Of a stretch of 64,000 nucleotides of DNA, positions 48,551 through 62,600 are shown piece after piece. Made by a program: the position numbers and the translations under genes. Every line of letters starts with the position of its first letter. Position 1 is the stretch's first letter. A model generated the notes under the pieces. It did not search any database. It had not been told where the DNA came from and saw only the letters and a list, made by a program, of their open reading frames with translations. This stretch comes from Eledone cirrhosa (Eukaryota): contig OZ024744.1 of assembly GCA_964016885.1 (NCBI GenBank), positions 125,426,001-125,490,000 on the forward strand, written 5' to 3'.

Positions 48551-50608
48551 TATAAACGTATAACCCTAACCCAACCCTAACCCTAACCCAACCCCAACCC
48601 TAACCCATCTCTCTCTCTCTCTCTCTCTCTCTCTTTGTTTTTAACATTGTTTTGTTTTTCTTTTCTTTTCTTATTCAGATGACAAACGGCAGAGGATACA
48701 ACAGAAGAAAAGAACAAAGATAATTATTATTATTATTACTATTATTATTTGTTTTATTATAATCAAAATATGCTGTTAGTTAGATCTGCATTGCGTACAT
48801 TTTATATAATTTATGCCAGTTCCTTTTCTGCATATCGAACATGGCCATTTCCCTGACGGAATAGAGTTTTGTCCTCTTTCGTGACACAAAGTACAGCCAG
48901 CGGCATCATTGCGGACAGACTTAATCCCGAATTGCACTGACACACTGCCTCGCAATACGGAACACCGCACGTCTTTGATCTTCTTCCCGTCGATCAGCCT
49001 CCTTGCCATGCTAAGTACACCTGACGTCTAGCTTCTCTCTTAGCGGCGGCTTTATATTCTTCTCTACTCCCACTAATTTTCCAAGCATTCCATGCTAGCC
49101 TTTAGTCTCCAATGGCCCGATCTACCGTGCTGTCCCACCACCATGTCACTCTCTGTCTGGTTGGAACTCTGATCCAGCCACAAGTTTAATCAGTAGCCTG
49201 CAATAAGTTGTCACATAAGAAAATCGAGTTCTCATGTATGTCATACGACTGTGAATCGTCTTCTTTTTCGTCATACACATATTGAAGGGCTTTCCTAAAT
49301 TTCTATTTTAGTGAAATCTCTTTTAGCTTCCAGACCTTTCTTTTTTCCACATCTTCCTGTATGTCTCAATCATACCTGGAGCTGTCCAACATGACCATTG
49401 AAATCCCCTGCTAGCATAACGATGTCTCCGTCCTGTCATTGTGGCTGTTTGTAAAAATTGCTTGTAAATGAAGTCTTTCTTTTCTTTACCTAGCAGAAGC
49501 AATTAACACTAACCCAACTGTAACACTAACCCTAACACTAACTTATGCAGGCCTAGGTAAAGACAAGAAAGATAAAACAAGGAGTGATGCTTCTTGAATT
49601 TTGTGATGCAAGTGTTTTAACCATTTGCAAAACCAACTTCCACAAACCTGCCTCACTGCCGCCTAATAACCTACAAATCAGGCAAGCACAGAAGCCGGAT
49701 TTCTCGGTAGTTAGGCAGCGAGACAGACAGATGGGGTGTGAAGTACCAGGGTGTGCCCCGGGGAGGAATGTTTCCCACAGCGTGGGTTGGTTGTTGGTGA
49801 TGTCTCGGTTATCTTGAGACGGAGTGAGACGTGCAGGAATACTCTCACGGAATCGCCAAATGAGGTTTATTTTTCAACATAGTCCCTGGAATGAAACAAT
49901 GTGGTTATTAAGAAGAATTGAAATTAATGTAAGATTTCACAGATCTATGATCAATCCTTCACAGTCAGCTTACAAAGTTTTCAGCCAAACCTTGTGTATT
50001 TCCAACATTTCAAACCCTATCTAGGACTACATTATCTAATGTACAGTACAGTAGTTAGTATTAGTGGCTATCAGACATAGTGTATCTAAATGCAACATTT
50101 TTAACATTGTTTTTTTTTTCTTTTCTTTTCTTTTCTTATTCAGATGACAGACGGCAGAGGATACAATAGAAGAAAAGAACAATGATAATTATTATTATTA
50201 TTATTGTTGTTATTCCTTGAATCTCAGTCATTGATGTTGGTTAACTGGAAAGTCCGTTGGAATGAATATCAAGCCACTACCTGCAGCCTCAGATATTCAG
50301 GACGTATCGGAGGGTTCTTGCTGTTCCAAGCAAGCATGCCTTTTGAAGCGTTCCAAAAAGCGTGAAGGGGCCGATTTTCTTTAACCATCCCTGGAAACTT
50401 TTGGAGATGGACAAAAAACTGGAACACAATAGACCTGACCTGGTGGTTGTGGACAAAGAAAAAAGATCGTGTCTGATTGTGGATGTGGCCTGCCCGTTCA
50501 ACACGAGAGTGCAAGAGAAGGAGAGGGAGAAAATTAACCGATACCAGGACCTAAAGTGGGAGGTGAAAAGGATTTGGAACTTCCATGAAGTCAAAGTGAT
50601 CCCGATTG

Positions 50609-50649
<41 letters not shown>

Positions 50650-52161
50650 TATTATTTGTTTTATTATAATCAAAATATGCTGTTAGTTAGATCTGCATTG
50701 TGTACATTTTATATAATTTATGCCAGTTCCTTTTCTACATATCGAACATGGCCATTTCCCTGACGGAATAGAGTTTTGTCCTCTTTTCTACTCATCAACA
50801 CTCATTCGTGACACAAAGTACAGCCAGCGGCATCATTGCGGACAGACTTAATCCTGATTTGCACTGACACACTGCCTCGCAATACGGAACACCGCACGTC
50901 TTTGATCTTCTTCCCGTCGATCAGCCTCCTTGCCATGCAAAGTACACCTGACGTCTAGCTTCTCTCTTAGCGGCGGCGGCTGTATATTCTTCTCTACTCC
51001 CACTAATTTTCCAAGCATTCCATGCTAGTCTTTAGTCTCCAATGGCCCGATCTACAGTTTCTGTCTCAACTCGTCTATGCTTGGTCGTTCCCGCACATTG
51101 ACATTGCACATCCAACGGAGCATGCTTGCTTCATTTCTCTCCAGCCGTCGCATGTCCTCTGCAGTTGCTGCCCGTGTCTCACTACCATGCAGCATCGCGC
51201 ATCTAAACCTGGCCCTTACCCTAACCCCAACCTCTTTGGTTTTCGTTTTCTCGACGGCTAGCCGCATTTCGTGATCCGCCTTTCGATTGCGCTTCCGTCG
51301 CGGCAAAAGAATTGCCTTTCCAGACCGCCGTCGCCCGACCGGACCCATGATAGAAGACGTTCGTTACCGTTGGAGCAACGCAAATTACTCCTCGGTTGAC
51401 GCCAAAAACGAACGCCTTCCCGCCTCGCGCCGCCTTCTCCTCGCCGACCCTCGGCCTCGACGATTAGCCACTTTCCGTCACAGCAGTAGATACGCGTCCG
51501 TCGTAATAGCCGTCATTTTAACGCAGGAGAAACGCCTAATTGCCCTGCACCGCGTTTGACGGCGATCTACGACGGCGACGATGCGCGCACTCTTCCTTGC
51601 TGCGACGAAGGTTTCGGCTTTTCGTCGTGGACCCGGTCAGGTCATGCCGCTGACCTCGCGTTACGGCGACGCGAGAAGACGTTCGTTACCGCTGGAGCAA
51701 CGCAAATTACTCCTCGGTTGACGCCAAAAACGAACGCCTCGCGCCGCCGCTTCCTCCTCGGCCTCGACGATTAGCCGCTTTCCGTCACAGCAGTAGATAC
51801 GCGTCCATCGTAATAGCCGTCATTTTAACGCAGGAGAAACGCCTTGACGACGATATACGACGGGTCGACGACGCGCGCACTCTTTCTGCTGCGACGAAGG
51901 TTTTGGCTTTTCGTTGTGGACCCGGTCGGGTCATGCCTCTGACCTCGCGTTGCGTCGCCACCGCCGCGGCGGGCTTGGGTTTAGCCGTAGCTACCCTCGT
52001 TTTGCCAACGGCGACGCGAGAAGACGTTCGTTACCGCTGGAGCAACGCAAATTACTCTTCGGATGAGGCCAAAAACGAACGCTGAAGAGATATTGTCCAT
52101 GGATATCGGGAATTTTACCCGCCCTAGATAGATAGATAGATAGGGATGTATGTATGTATGT

Positions 52162-52201
<40 letters not shown>

Positions 52202-52580
52202 GTATGTATCTTTCTCATTCTCTCTGTATGTATGTATGTATGTATATATATATAATTATATATTTATAGACATCCTGAAAGCTTTTTAAATGTCTGAGAG
52301 ATTGGCTAAATATGTTTTGCAGGTATGACCAGTAAGAGAGAGGTAAGTTATTTCAAAACAATTCTTTGACCATTATTTTAAGGTACTATCTCAGTGTATT
52401 TTTAAATTGACCTCTTGATAGGATGAAATGACCTGTATAATTTTTTTCATATTTAGATGGAATAGAAGAAAAACAAGAAAAATGAAATGAATTCAAACAG
52501 AAAATATACACCAATGCCAATGGAGGTATGATTTCAGTTTAATCTTAACCTAATGACCACTTTACAGAGTGTACTGGATA

Positions 52581-52655
<75 letters not shown>

Positions 52656-55600
52656 AGGAAGCTCCAACCGTTAAGGTTGTCTTTCCATTTATTAATATAT
52701 TGTGTATTTACTCCACTAAACTGTTGAGTGCTTTATATCAGTTATAAAAAAATTTCAGCTTGTTGAATCCCAAAATAGTTGTTGAAACAGCCACAGCTCA
52801 GCCGTCGGGGTCCTGAATATTTATCATATATATATACGTATGAGTGTGTGTGTTTTGAGAATTAATAATTATATAAACAAGTTTGTAATGAACAATTTAT
52901 TTCTTATCAAAACTGTATAAACATGATATTATTTACAGTAAGAATAACAATAATAATGATGGTTTCTAGTAAAGGTGGAAGGCCAGTAATTTGGGGGAGG
53001 GGAAAGTTGATTAAATCGAAGAGAGAAAGAAAGAAAAAACAGAACGGGAAGGAGAGGGGATGGCAAGAGGTCCGGTGTCGCAGGAGAGAGGGGAGGGTGG
53101 TTGAGCTTTGAGTCTAGGGCAAGAGGGCAGAAATGCTGCGCCCCACGGATAAGACGGCAAAAATATTCTCGCGGACGATGGCCAGAGATACCCAATGCAA
53201 CAACCACCCAACCTCGCGGTGTTCCCTCCTCAGATGGGCTGCTGACTCTCCGATCTTTTGGAGGAGCTCGGCAGTACAAGGTCCAAGTACTCCTGGGGTC
53301 TCGACGTTGACTGGTGCAGAGAGGAAGTGGCCGGACAATCCTCGGTATTTGTTTATTTTACGTTCTTCTGCGAGGTGGGCTGCGATGCCGGGGTTTGTGA
53401 CCGAAACGACTTGGAAACGAAGTTGTAGGCGGAGATTGTGTCGTAGCTGGTGGTGTCCCAGATGAGGGACCTACGTCCTTCGAATGGGAAGAGAGTGATT
53501 CCGTCGGGGCGCTTGCCATCTCCGGGACCTGTTGGCCCCAGTTGTGATGGGAAGCCAGCTGCGTCCAGGCTTCTTCTCAATATGTCGTTGACAACGACGT
53601 GTATCTATTCAATAATTATTTGAATATTGAAATTTTAGGTTTAACTACCTTTTAAACCAAATACATTAAGAAAGGCATGACCAACACCACATCATTTTTA
53701 TTTCTATTTTGAAAGTAGGTTTATAAGTATTAAATTTCAGTAGATTCTTATATCCTTCATGGTGGTCTGGTGGGAGATACGAGAGATGGTGGAGGTTCTG
53801 GTCTGGGGTTCAATCCTGCTCAGGAGATACTCTAAGGGGGTTCATACTAAACTTCTTCAGTGTTTCTTATCTCTAGAGACAAATATATATACATAAGGTA
53901 ATCTGGTAAAGTTGTTAGAACATCACATAGAATTCTTTGTAGTATTTTTTCCAGTTCTTCAATCTGAGTTCAACTTTACTTTTCTTCCATTCGGGGTTGA
54001 TAATAACGTACCAGTCAAATACTAGGGGTTAATTCTTCCTCTATATCTCTTTCTCACTCTCTGTCTGTTTTATTAAGACCTGGAGAGGTGATGTACTCTA
54101 CCAGGTTTTATAATGAGTGATGGGGTCATACCTGCCTGCTACACCTCTGTGTACTAAGTGTAGCATATTATATCCTTGTTCAGGGCCTTCCTGACATTAC
54201 TGTGTACTAAGGGTAGCATTTTATATCCTTGTTCAGGGCCATCTTAACATTGCTGTGTACTAAGTGTAGCATATTATATCCTTGTTCGGGGCCTTCCTGA
54301 CATTAGTGTGTACTGAGTGTAGATTTTAACATCCTTGTTCTGGGCCTTCCTAACATTACTGTGTACTGAGTGTAGATTTTAACATCTTTGTTCAGAGCCT
54401 TCCTTACATTACTGTGTACTAAGTGTAGCATTTCATATACTTGTTCTGGGCCTTCCTAACGTTACTGTGGAAATAGTAGTTTATATCCAATATGTAATAT
54501 AGATATGGATTCTACAGGACTAAAACTCATTAATATGAGGGGTATTAGTAGATTATATGCCATATTTAATAGAGAAATGGCTTCTACAAGACTAAAACTC
54601 ATTAATATGAGGGGTATTACAGTTTATATGCCATATTTAATACAGAAATGGCTTCTAAAGGACTAGAACTCTTTAAATTGAATAAAATAGTAGTATATAT
54701 CCTATGTTTAATACAGAAATGCCTTCTAAAGGACTCATTAATATGAGGGTATTAGTAGATTATATAACATATTTAATACAGAAATGGCTTTTAAATTCAG
54801 GGACTCGTTAATTTGATGGAAATAGTAGTGTCTATGCAATATTTAATACAGAAATAGCTTCTACAGGACTAAAACTAATTAATATGAGGGGTATTAGTAG
54901 TATATGTGCCATATTTAATACAGAGATGGCTTCTAAATGGAGGTATCTCATTAATTCGATTGAAATGGTAGTGTATATGCAATATTTAATACAGAAATAG
55001 CTTCTACAAGAATAAAACTCATTAATATGAAGGTTATTATTACATTATATGCCATATTTAATACAGAAATCGGTTCTAAAGGACTAGAACTCTTTAATTC
55101 AAATCAAATAGTAGTATAAAGCAATATTTACTACAGAAATGGCTTCTACAAGACTAAAAATCCTTAATATGAGGGGTATTGTTAGATTATATACCATATT
55201 TAATACAGAAATGGCTTCTAAATGAAGAAATCTCTTTAATTCGATAGTAATAGTAATAATAATAATAGTAATAGTAATAATACAGCCAATTTTCCACGCA
55301 ATACTTTTAGTTAGCACCCCGAACGCATAATTGGGAATATAATCACTTATTTCCTAATGTTTGTTGAGTGAGTTGGGAAAAAAAACTTGGGAAATATATT
55401 TTCAGGGTCTCAAAATCTTAAAGAGAAAAAAAAGTCCTGTGGAAGGTAGCAAAACAATTAGGAAGAAAATGGTTTGAAGTTGGTTGGTGAGTATAAGATT
55501 ACAGTATCTTGTTGATTTCTATAAAGTTTACTTTTAACTGAATTGGTAAAAATGGATAAATTAGAAGACACAATATAATAACTAATATTGTCTTCTAAAA

Positions 55601-55906
55601 CAGGGAATAAAAATATGTTGGTGTATTGGGGGGGGGGGGGGGGGGGGTAAACATGTGAGTTAATGGGAATGTTTTTGTTTGTTTTTATTGAAACATATTC
55701 AATCTACAGATAGGTTGTTATAGTTATTTAGTCTCGGGTCTGCCATTATCTGCAGATTTATAATTGAGGGGTGTTCCAGGTGTGACCACCCTACATTATT
55801 CCTAGAGATTGTTACTCCTTCATTCTTCAGTCATCTTGGTCTTCTTATGAGATGGTGGTGTAGTCTTATTTATTGTTAAGGTTATGGTCTTCCTTTGTCC
55901 ACACTC

Positions 55907-55944
<38 letters not shown>

Positions 55945-57499
55945 AAAGGCTTCCTTCTCTGGAAAAAGATGATTTAATATTCACAACCATCTGTCTAATT
56001 GTTTTCTGATGAGAATAAAGTTAATCTTGCTTGTATGTCTACCTGATCAAATGACTGGCTGATATCTTGAAGTCATTTACACCACAGAACTGTAGGAGTC
56101 TTGATCCCTCAAGCCATACCTCTAGCCATCATGTACTCCAAAAGAGTCTCACCTTGGTGCTACTCAACATGTCCATTAAATTTAGCAGCAAGGATGCCCT
56201 CTTCTTAGTGAGAGACAACTACAAGAGAGGTTCTTAGAGAAGAATAAGCCACTATAGTTAACTTTTGTTGACATAGAGAACCCCGATCTGTCATCTGGTG
56301 GTCCTTAAGGAAACTAGGTGTAGGGGAATGGCTTGTGAGGACAGTGCAAGCTATGTACAAGGGTGCTGTCAGTAAAGTGAGAGGAGGAATTCCAGAAACA
56401 AAGTAGGTGTACATCAGGGTTCGGTCCTCAGTCCGCTCTTGTTCATTATAGTCCTCCCTCCCTCCCTCCCTCCCTCCCTCCAAGCCATAACAGAGGAGGA
56501 GTAGTTTAAGACTGGATGCCCATGGGAACTTCTCTATGCTGACGATCTGGTTCTTATAGCAGAATCAGTAGAGGAGCTAGCTAGAGAATAAATTCTGGCT
56601 ATGGAAACAGCAGTAGTTGGAATCAAGAAGACTGAGAGTGAACCTAGCTAAGACAAAAGTGTTTATAAGTAGAAGAGAGGACAAAACTCTGATTCTGTCA
56701 GGGAAATGGCCATGTTCGATATGTAGGAAAGGAGTTGGCATAAATTCTATGAAATGTAGTACGCAATGCAGATCTTGGCTACACAAGAGATGTAGTGGGA
56801 TAGCAGGAAAACTGACTGACAGGTAGGGAGAAATACGTATGCAGTAGATGTACAGGGAAATTTGACAGAGATTGCAGTGATAGACACATTTTTCAAATGC
56901 AGGTGGGATCTATAGAGGGAGTTGATAGCTTCTGATACCTAGGTGATCAGATTAGTAAGGGAGGAGGGTGATATAAAATATATTGTTATCATGACTGTCT
57001 TTATTATTTAAATTACCTCTGTCTATTTACAGATTTTACAGAGTGTACTGGGTGCTTTTATGATGGGAGCAGCAACTCTATACGATTTTACAGAGTGTAC
57101 TTGGTGCTTTTATCATGGCACATGGCAGCAGCAGCAGCAGCAACTACGATTTTACAGAGTGTACTTGGTGCTTTTTACTCTGACATCAGCACTGAGGAAG
57201 TTGTCATATTTTCAGCTAAATTAATGAGTAGAAAAACCAAGTTTCTGCTACAAAAAATTCTCAGATTCAAGGGAGACATTCAGTTTAAGTATGGTATACT
57301 GTCACTAAGGCAGCAAATTGGCAGAGTCGCTAGAATATCAGATAGCATTCTTTACATTATTTGTTTCAGCTCTCTGTTCTCTCAATTCAAATCCTGCTCA
57401 GGTCAACTTTGCCTTTCATCCATACAAAATAGATTAATAAAAGTACCAGTGTATTACTGGGGTCAATTCTTCTTCTAACTCTTCTGCACTTCCATTCTC

Positions 57500-57580
<81 letters not shown>

Positions 57581-58203
57581 GCTTCTTTAGAACACATCTG
57601 CTGTATTCAGACCTGGAGCGGAGATGGGCTCCACCAAGTTTTAAAAATTGCCCTTTAAGCGCTGTATGTCAATATGGTGCCCCTATGATTCCCTCCCTCA
57701 GGAGTTATGGGACCATAGATACTGTCAATTGTAAAGAATAACAGAGATATTCAGTGCTAGTGTGGTGTTCTGTCAGTTGTGGAGATTGATGAATCTAAAC
57801 AGAAATATCAACAGCACTTTTCATTTCTGAGTAACACATTTGTTACCAAGTGCTGCATGGCTGGAATGAAAATCAGTGCTGTGAAAACCAAGACATTCAT
57901 CCTCTCAAGGAAGCTTGTGCAGTGCACTCTACATGTAAATGGAGTCCCACTGAAGCAGGTAGAAAAGTTCATGTATCTCGAAGCTGTGTTCACGAGTGAT
58001 GACAGAGACGGCAAAGGCACAACACACAACAGAAGAAAAGAACAATGACAATTATTATTATTATTATTATTATTATTATTTGTTTTATTAGTTTTATTAT
58101 AATAAAAATTGTGCTGTTAGTTTGCTTGCTATACCATCATGTACCCTAACCCTAAACCTAACCCCAACTCCAACTCTGACCCTAACCCTAACCCTAACCC
58201 TAA

Positions 58204-59124
58204 CCCACGATAGAAGACGTTCGTTACCGCTGGAGCAACGCAAATTACTCCTCGGTTGACGCCAAAAACGAACGCCTTCTCGACGGCTAGCCGCATTTCG
58301 TGATCCGCCTTTCGATTGCGCTTCCGTCGCGGAAAAAGAATTGCCTTTATAGGCCGCCGCCGCCCGACCGGACCCACGATAGAAGACGTTCGTTACCGCT
58401 GGAGCAACGCAAATTACTCCTCGGTTGACGCCAAAAACGAACGCCTTCTCGACGGCTAGCCGCATTTCGTGATCCGCCTTTCGATTGCGCTTCCGTCGCG
58501 GAAAAAGAATTGCCTTTATAGGCCGCCGCCGCCCGACCGGACCCACGATAGAAGACGTTCGTTACCGCTGGAGCAACGCAAATTACTCCTCGGTTGACGC
58601 CAAAAACGAACGCCTTCTCGACGGCTAGCCGCATTTCGTGATCCGCCTTTCGATTGCGCTTCCGTCGCGGAAAAAGAATTGCCTTTATAGGCCGCCGCCG
58701 CCGCCCGACCGGACCCACGATAGAAGACGTTCGTTACCGCTGGAGCAACGCAAATTACTCCTCGGTTGACGCCAAAAACGAACGCCTTCTCGACGGCTAG
58801 CCGCATTTCGTGATCCGCCTTTCGATTGCGCTTCCGTCGCGGAAAAAGAATTGCCTTTATAGGCCGCCTCCGCCCGACCGGACCCACGATAGAAGACGTT
58901 CGTTACCGCTGGAGCAACGCAAATTACTCCTCGGTTGACGCCAAAAACGAACGCCTTCTCGACGGCTAGCCGCATTTCGTGATCCGCCTTTCGATTGCGC
59001 TTCCGTCGCGGAAAAAGAATTGCCTTTATAGGCCGCCGCCGCCCGACCGGACCCACGATAGAAGACGTTCGTTACCGCTGGAGCAACGCAAATTACTCCT
59101 CGGTTGACGCCAAAAACGAACGCC
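58204..59124 (+). promoter_or_regulatory. 169/172-bp tandem repeats, copy 2 (putative Pol I promoter/enhancer array)
   Basis: As in copy 1; most units have one fewer GCC. Confidence 0.55.
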
Positions 59125-59484
59125 TTCCGGTTCGGGCGACGTAAAAGTCTGTAGCCTTTTCGCCGATCCTCGACGATTATCCGCCTTCCGAACAACCGCC
59201 TTTCCGCCGTCACAGCAGTAGGTACTCGTCCGTCGTAATAGCCGTCATTTTAATGCAGGAGAAACGCCTAAATGCACTGCGATTGACGACGATCTACGAC
59301 GCGCTTACTCTTCCTTGCTGCGACGAAGGTTTCGTTCGGCTTTTCGTCGTGGACCCGGTCAGGTCATGCCGCTGATCTCGCGTTGCGTCGTTACCGCTGG
59401 AGCAACGCAAATTACTCCTCGTTTAACGCCAACATCGAACGCGCTTCGGTTCTCGGTCGTCGTTGTTTTGTTTCGTGCGGAAGA

Positions 59485-59669
59485 TACCTGGGTGATCCTG
59501 CCAGTAGTCATATGCTTGTCTCAAAGCTTAAGCCATGCAAGTGGAAGTTCATGCCGTAAACGAAAATGGTGAAACCGCGAATGGCTCAGGAACCGGATCT
59601 AATCCTCGGGACCGTATTCCTCACCGCGAGGAGAGGATAACTGTGGCAATTCTAGAGCTAATACATGCA
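59485..59669 (+). rRNA. 18S rRNA 5' end only, copy 2
   Basis: Same as 27462-27646. Confidence 0.93.
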
Positions 59670-59673
59670 ATTG

Positions 59674-62600
59674 AGATCGGAGAGGGAGCGATCCGTCTGC
59701 TTGATTCCGATAACGAACGAGACATTCGTATCCGAAAGAACGTTTGTCTGGAAACTGGTGCAGTCAGTGAGTCGAAAAAAAAATATCTCGGTGGTAGTAG
59801 CAAATATTCGAACGAGACATTCGTATGCGAAAGAACGTTTGTCGGTGGTAGTAGCAAATATTCGAACGAGACATTCGTATGCGAAAGAACGTTTGTCTGG
59901 AAGTGGCGATCCATGCCCGGTGGATAGTTGGTTCCGGGTTTTACTATGATTGTTGCAAAACAGAAACTTAAAGGGATTGACAGAATTTGCGATTCCGGAG
60001 AGAGGGCGATCCGTCTGCTTGATTCCGATAACGAACGAGACATTCGTATCCGAAAGAACGTTTGTCTGGAAACTGGTGAGTCAGTGAGTCGAAAAAAAAA
60101 TATCTCGGTGGTAGTAGCAAATATTCGTATGCGAAAGAAAAGATCTCGGTGGTAGTAGCAAATATTCGAACGAGACATTCGTAGGCGAAAGAAAAATATC
60201 TCGGTGGTAGTAGCAAATATTCGAACGAGACATTCGTATGCGAAAGAACGTTTGTCGGTGGTAGTAGCAAATATTCGAACGAGACATTCGTATGCGAAAG
60301 AACGTTTGTCGGTGGTAGTAGCAAATATTCGAACGAGACATTCGTATGCGAAAGAACGTTTGTCTGGAAGTGGCGATCCATGCCCGGTGGATAGTTGGTT
60401 CCGGGTTTTACTATGATTGTTGCAAAACAAAAACTTAAAGGGATTGACAGAATTTGCGATTCCGGAGAGAGGGCGATCCGTCTGCTTGATTCCGATAACG
60501 AACGAGACATTCGTATCCGAAAGAACGTTTGTCTGGAAACTGGTGAGTCAGTGAGTCGAAAAAAAAATATCTCGGTGGTAGTAGCAAATATTCGAACGAG
60601 ACATTCGTATGCGAAAGAACGTTTGTCGGTGGTAGTAGCAAATATTCGAACGAGACATTCGTATGCGAAAGAACGTTTGTCGGTGGTAGTAGCAAATATT
60701 CGAACGAGACATTCGTATGCGAAAGAACGTTTGTCTGGAAGTGGCGATCCATGCCCGGTGGATAGTTGGTTCCGGGTTTTACTATGATTGTTGCAAAACA
60801 AAAACTTAAAGGGATTGACAGAATTTGCGATTCCGGAGAGAGGGCGATCCGTCTGCTTGATTCCGATAACGAACGAGACATTCGTATCCGAAAGAACGTT
60901 TGTCTGGAAACTGGTGAGTCAGTGAGTCGAAAAAAAAATATCTCGGTGGTAGTAGCAAATATTCGAACGAGACATTCGTATGCGAAAGAACGTTTGTCGG
61001 TGGTAGTAGCAAATATTCGAACGAGACATTCGTATGCGAAAGAACGTTTGTCTGGAAGTGGCGATCCATGCCCGGTGGATAGTTGGTTCCGGGTTTTACT
61101 ATGATTGTTGCAAAACAGAAACTTAAAGGGATTGACAGAATTTGCGATTACGGAGAGGGGGCGATCCGTCTGCTTGATTCCGATAACGAACGAGACATTC
61201 GTATCCGAAAGAACGTTTGTCTGGAAACTGGTGAGTCAGTGAGTCGAAAAAAAAATATCTCGGTGGTAGTGGCAAATATTCGAACGAGACATTCGTATGC
61301 GAAAGAACGTTTGTCGGTGGTAGTAGCAAATATTCGAACGAGACATTCGTATGCGAAAGAACGTTTGTCTGGAAGTGGCGATCCATGCCCGGTGGATAGT
61401 TGGTTCCGGGTTTTACTATGATTGTTGCAAAACAGAAACTTAAAGGGATTGACAGAATTTGCGATTACGGAGAGGGGGCGATCCGTCTGCTTGATTCCGA
61501 TAACGAACGAGACATTCGTATCCGAAAGAACGTTTGTCTGGAAACTGGTGAGTCAGTGAGTCGAAAAAAAAATATCTCGGTGGTAGTAGCAAATATTCGA
61601 ACGAGACATTCGTATGCGAAAGAACGTTTGTCGGTGGTAGTAGCAAATATTCGAACGAGACATTCGTATGCGAAAGAACGTTTGTCTGGAAGTGGCGATC
61701 CATGCCCGGTGGATAGTTGGTTCCGGGTTTTACTATGATTGTTGCAAAACAGAAACTTAAAGGGATTGACAGAATTTGCGATTCCGGAGAGGGGGCGATC
61801 CGTCTGCTTGATTCCGATAACGAACGAGACATTCGTATCCGAAAGAACGTTTGTCTGGAAACTGGTGAGTCAGTGAGTCGAAAAAAAAAATATCTCGGTG
61901 GTAGTAGCAAATATTCGAACGAGACATTCGTATGCGAAAGAACGTTTGTCGGTGGTAGTAGCAAATATTCGAACGAGACATTCGTATGCGAAAGAACGTT
62001 TGTCTGGAAGTGGCGATCCATGCTCGGTGGATAGTTGGTTCCGGGTTTTACTATGATTGTTGCAAAACAGAAACTTAAAGGGATTGACAGAATTTGCGAT
62101 TCCGGAGAGGGGGCGATCCGTCTGCTTGATTCCGATAACGAACGAGACATTCGTATCCGAAAGAACGTTTGTCTGGAAACTGGTGAGTCAGTGAGTCGAA
62201 AAAAAAATATCTCGGTGGTAGTAGCAAATATTCGAACGAGACATTCGTATGCGAAAGAACGTTTGTCTGGAAGTGGCGATCCATGCCCGGTGGATAGTTG
62301 GTTCCGGGTTTTACTATGATTGTTGCAAAACAGAAACTTAAAGGGATTGACAGAATTTGCGATTCCGGAGAGGGGGCGATCCGTCTGCTTGATTCCGATA
62401 ACGAACGAGACATTCGTATCCGAAAGAACGTTTGTCTGGAAACTGGTGAGTCGAAAAAAAAATATCTCGGTGGTAGTAGCAAATATTCGTATGCGAAAGA
62501 AAAGATCTCGGTGGTAGTAGCAAATATTCGAACGAGACATTCGTAGGCGAAAGAAAAATATCTCGGTGGTAGTAGCAAATATTCGAACGAGACATTCGTA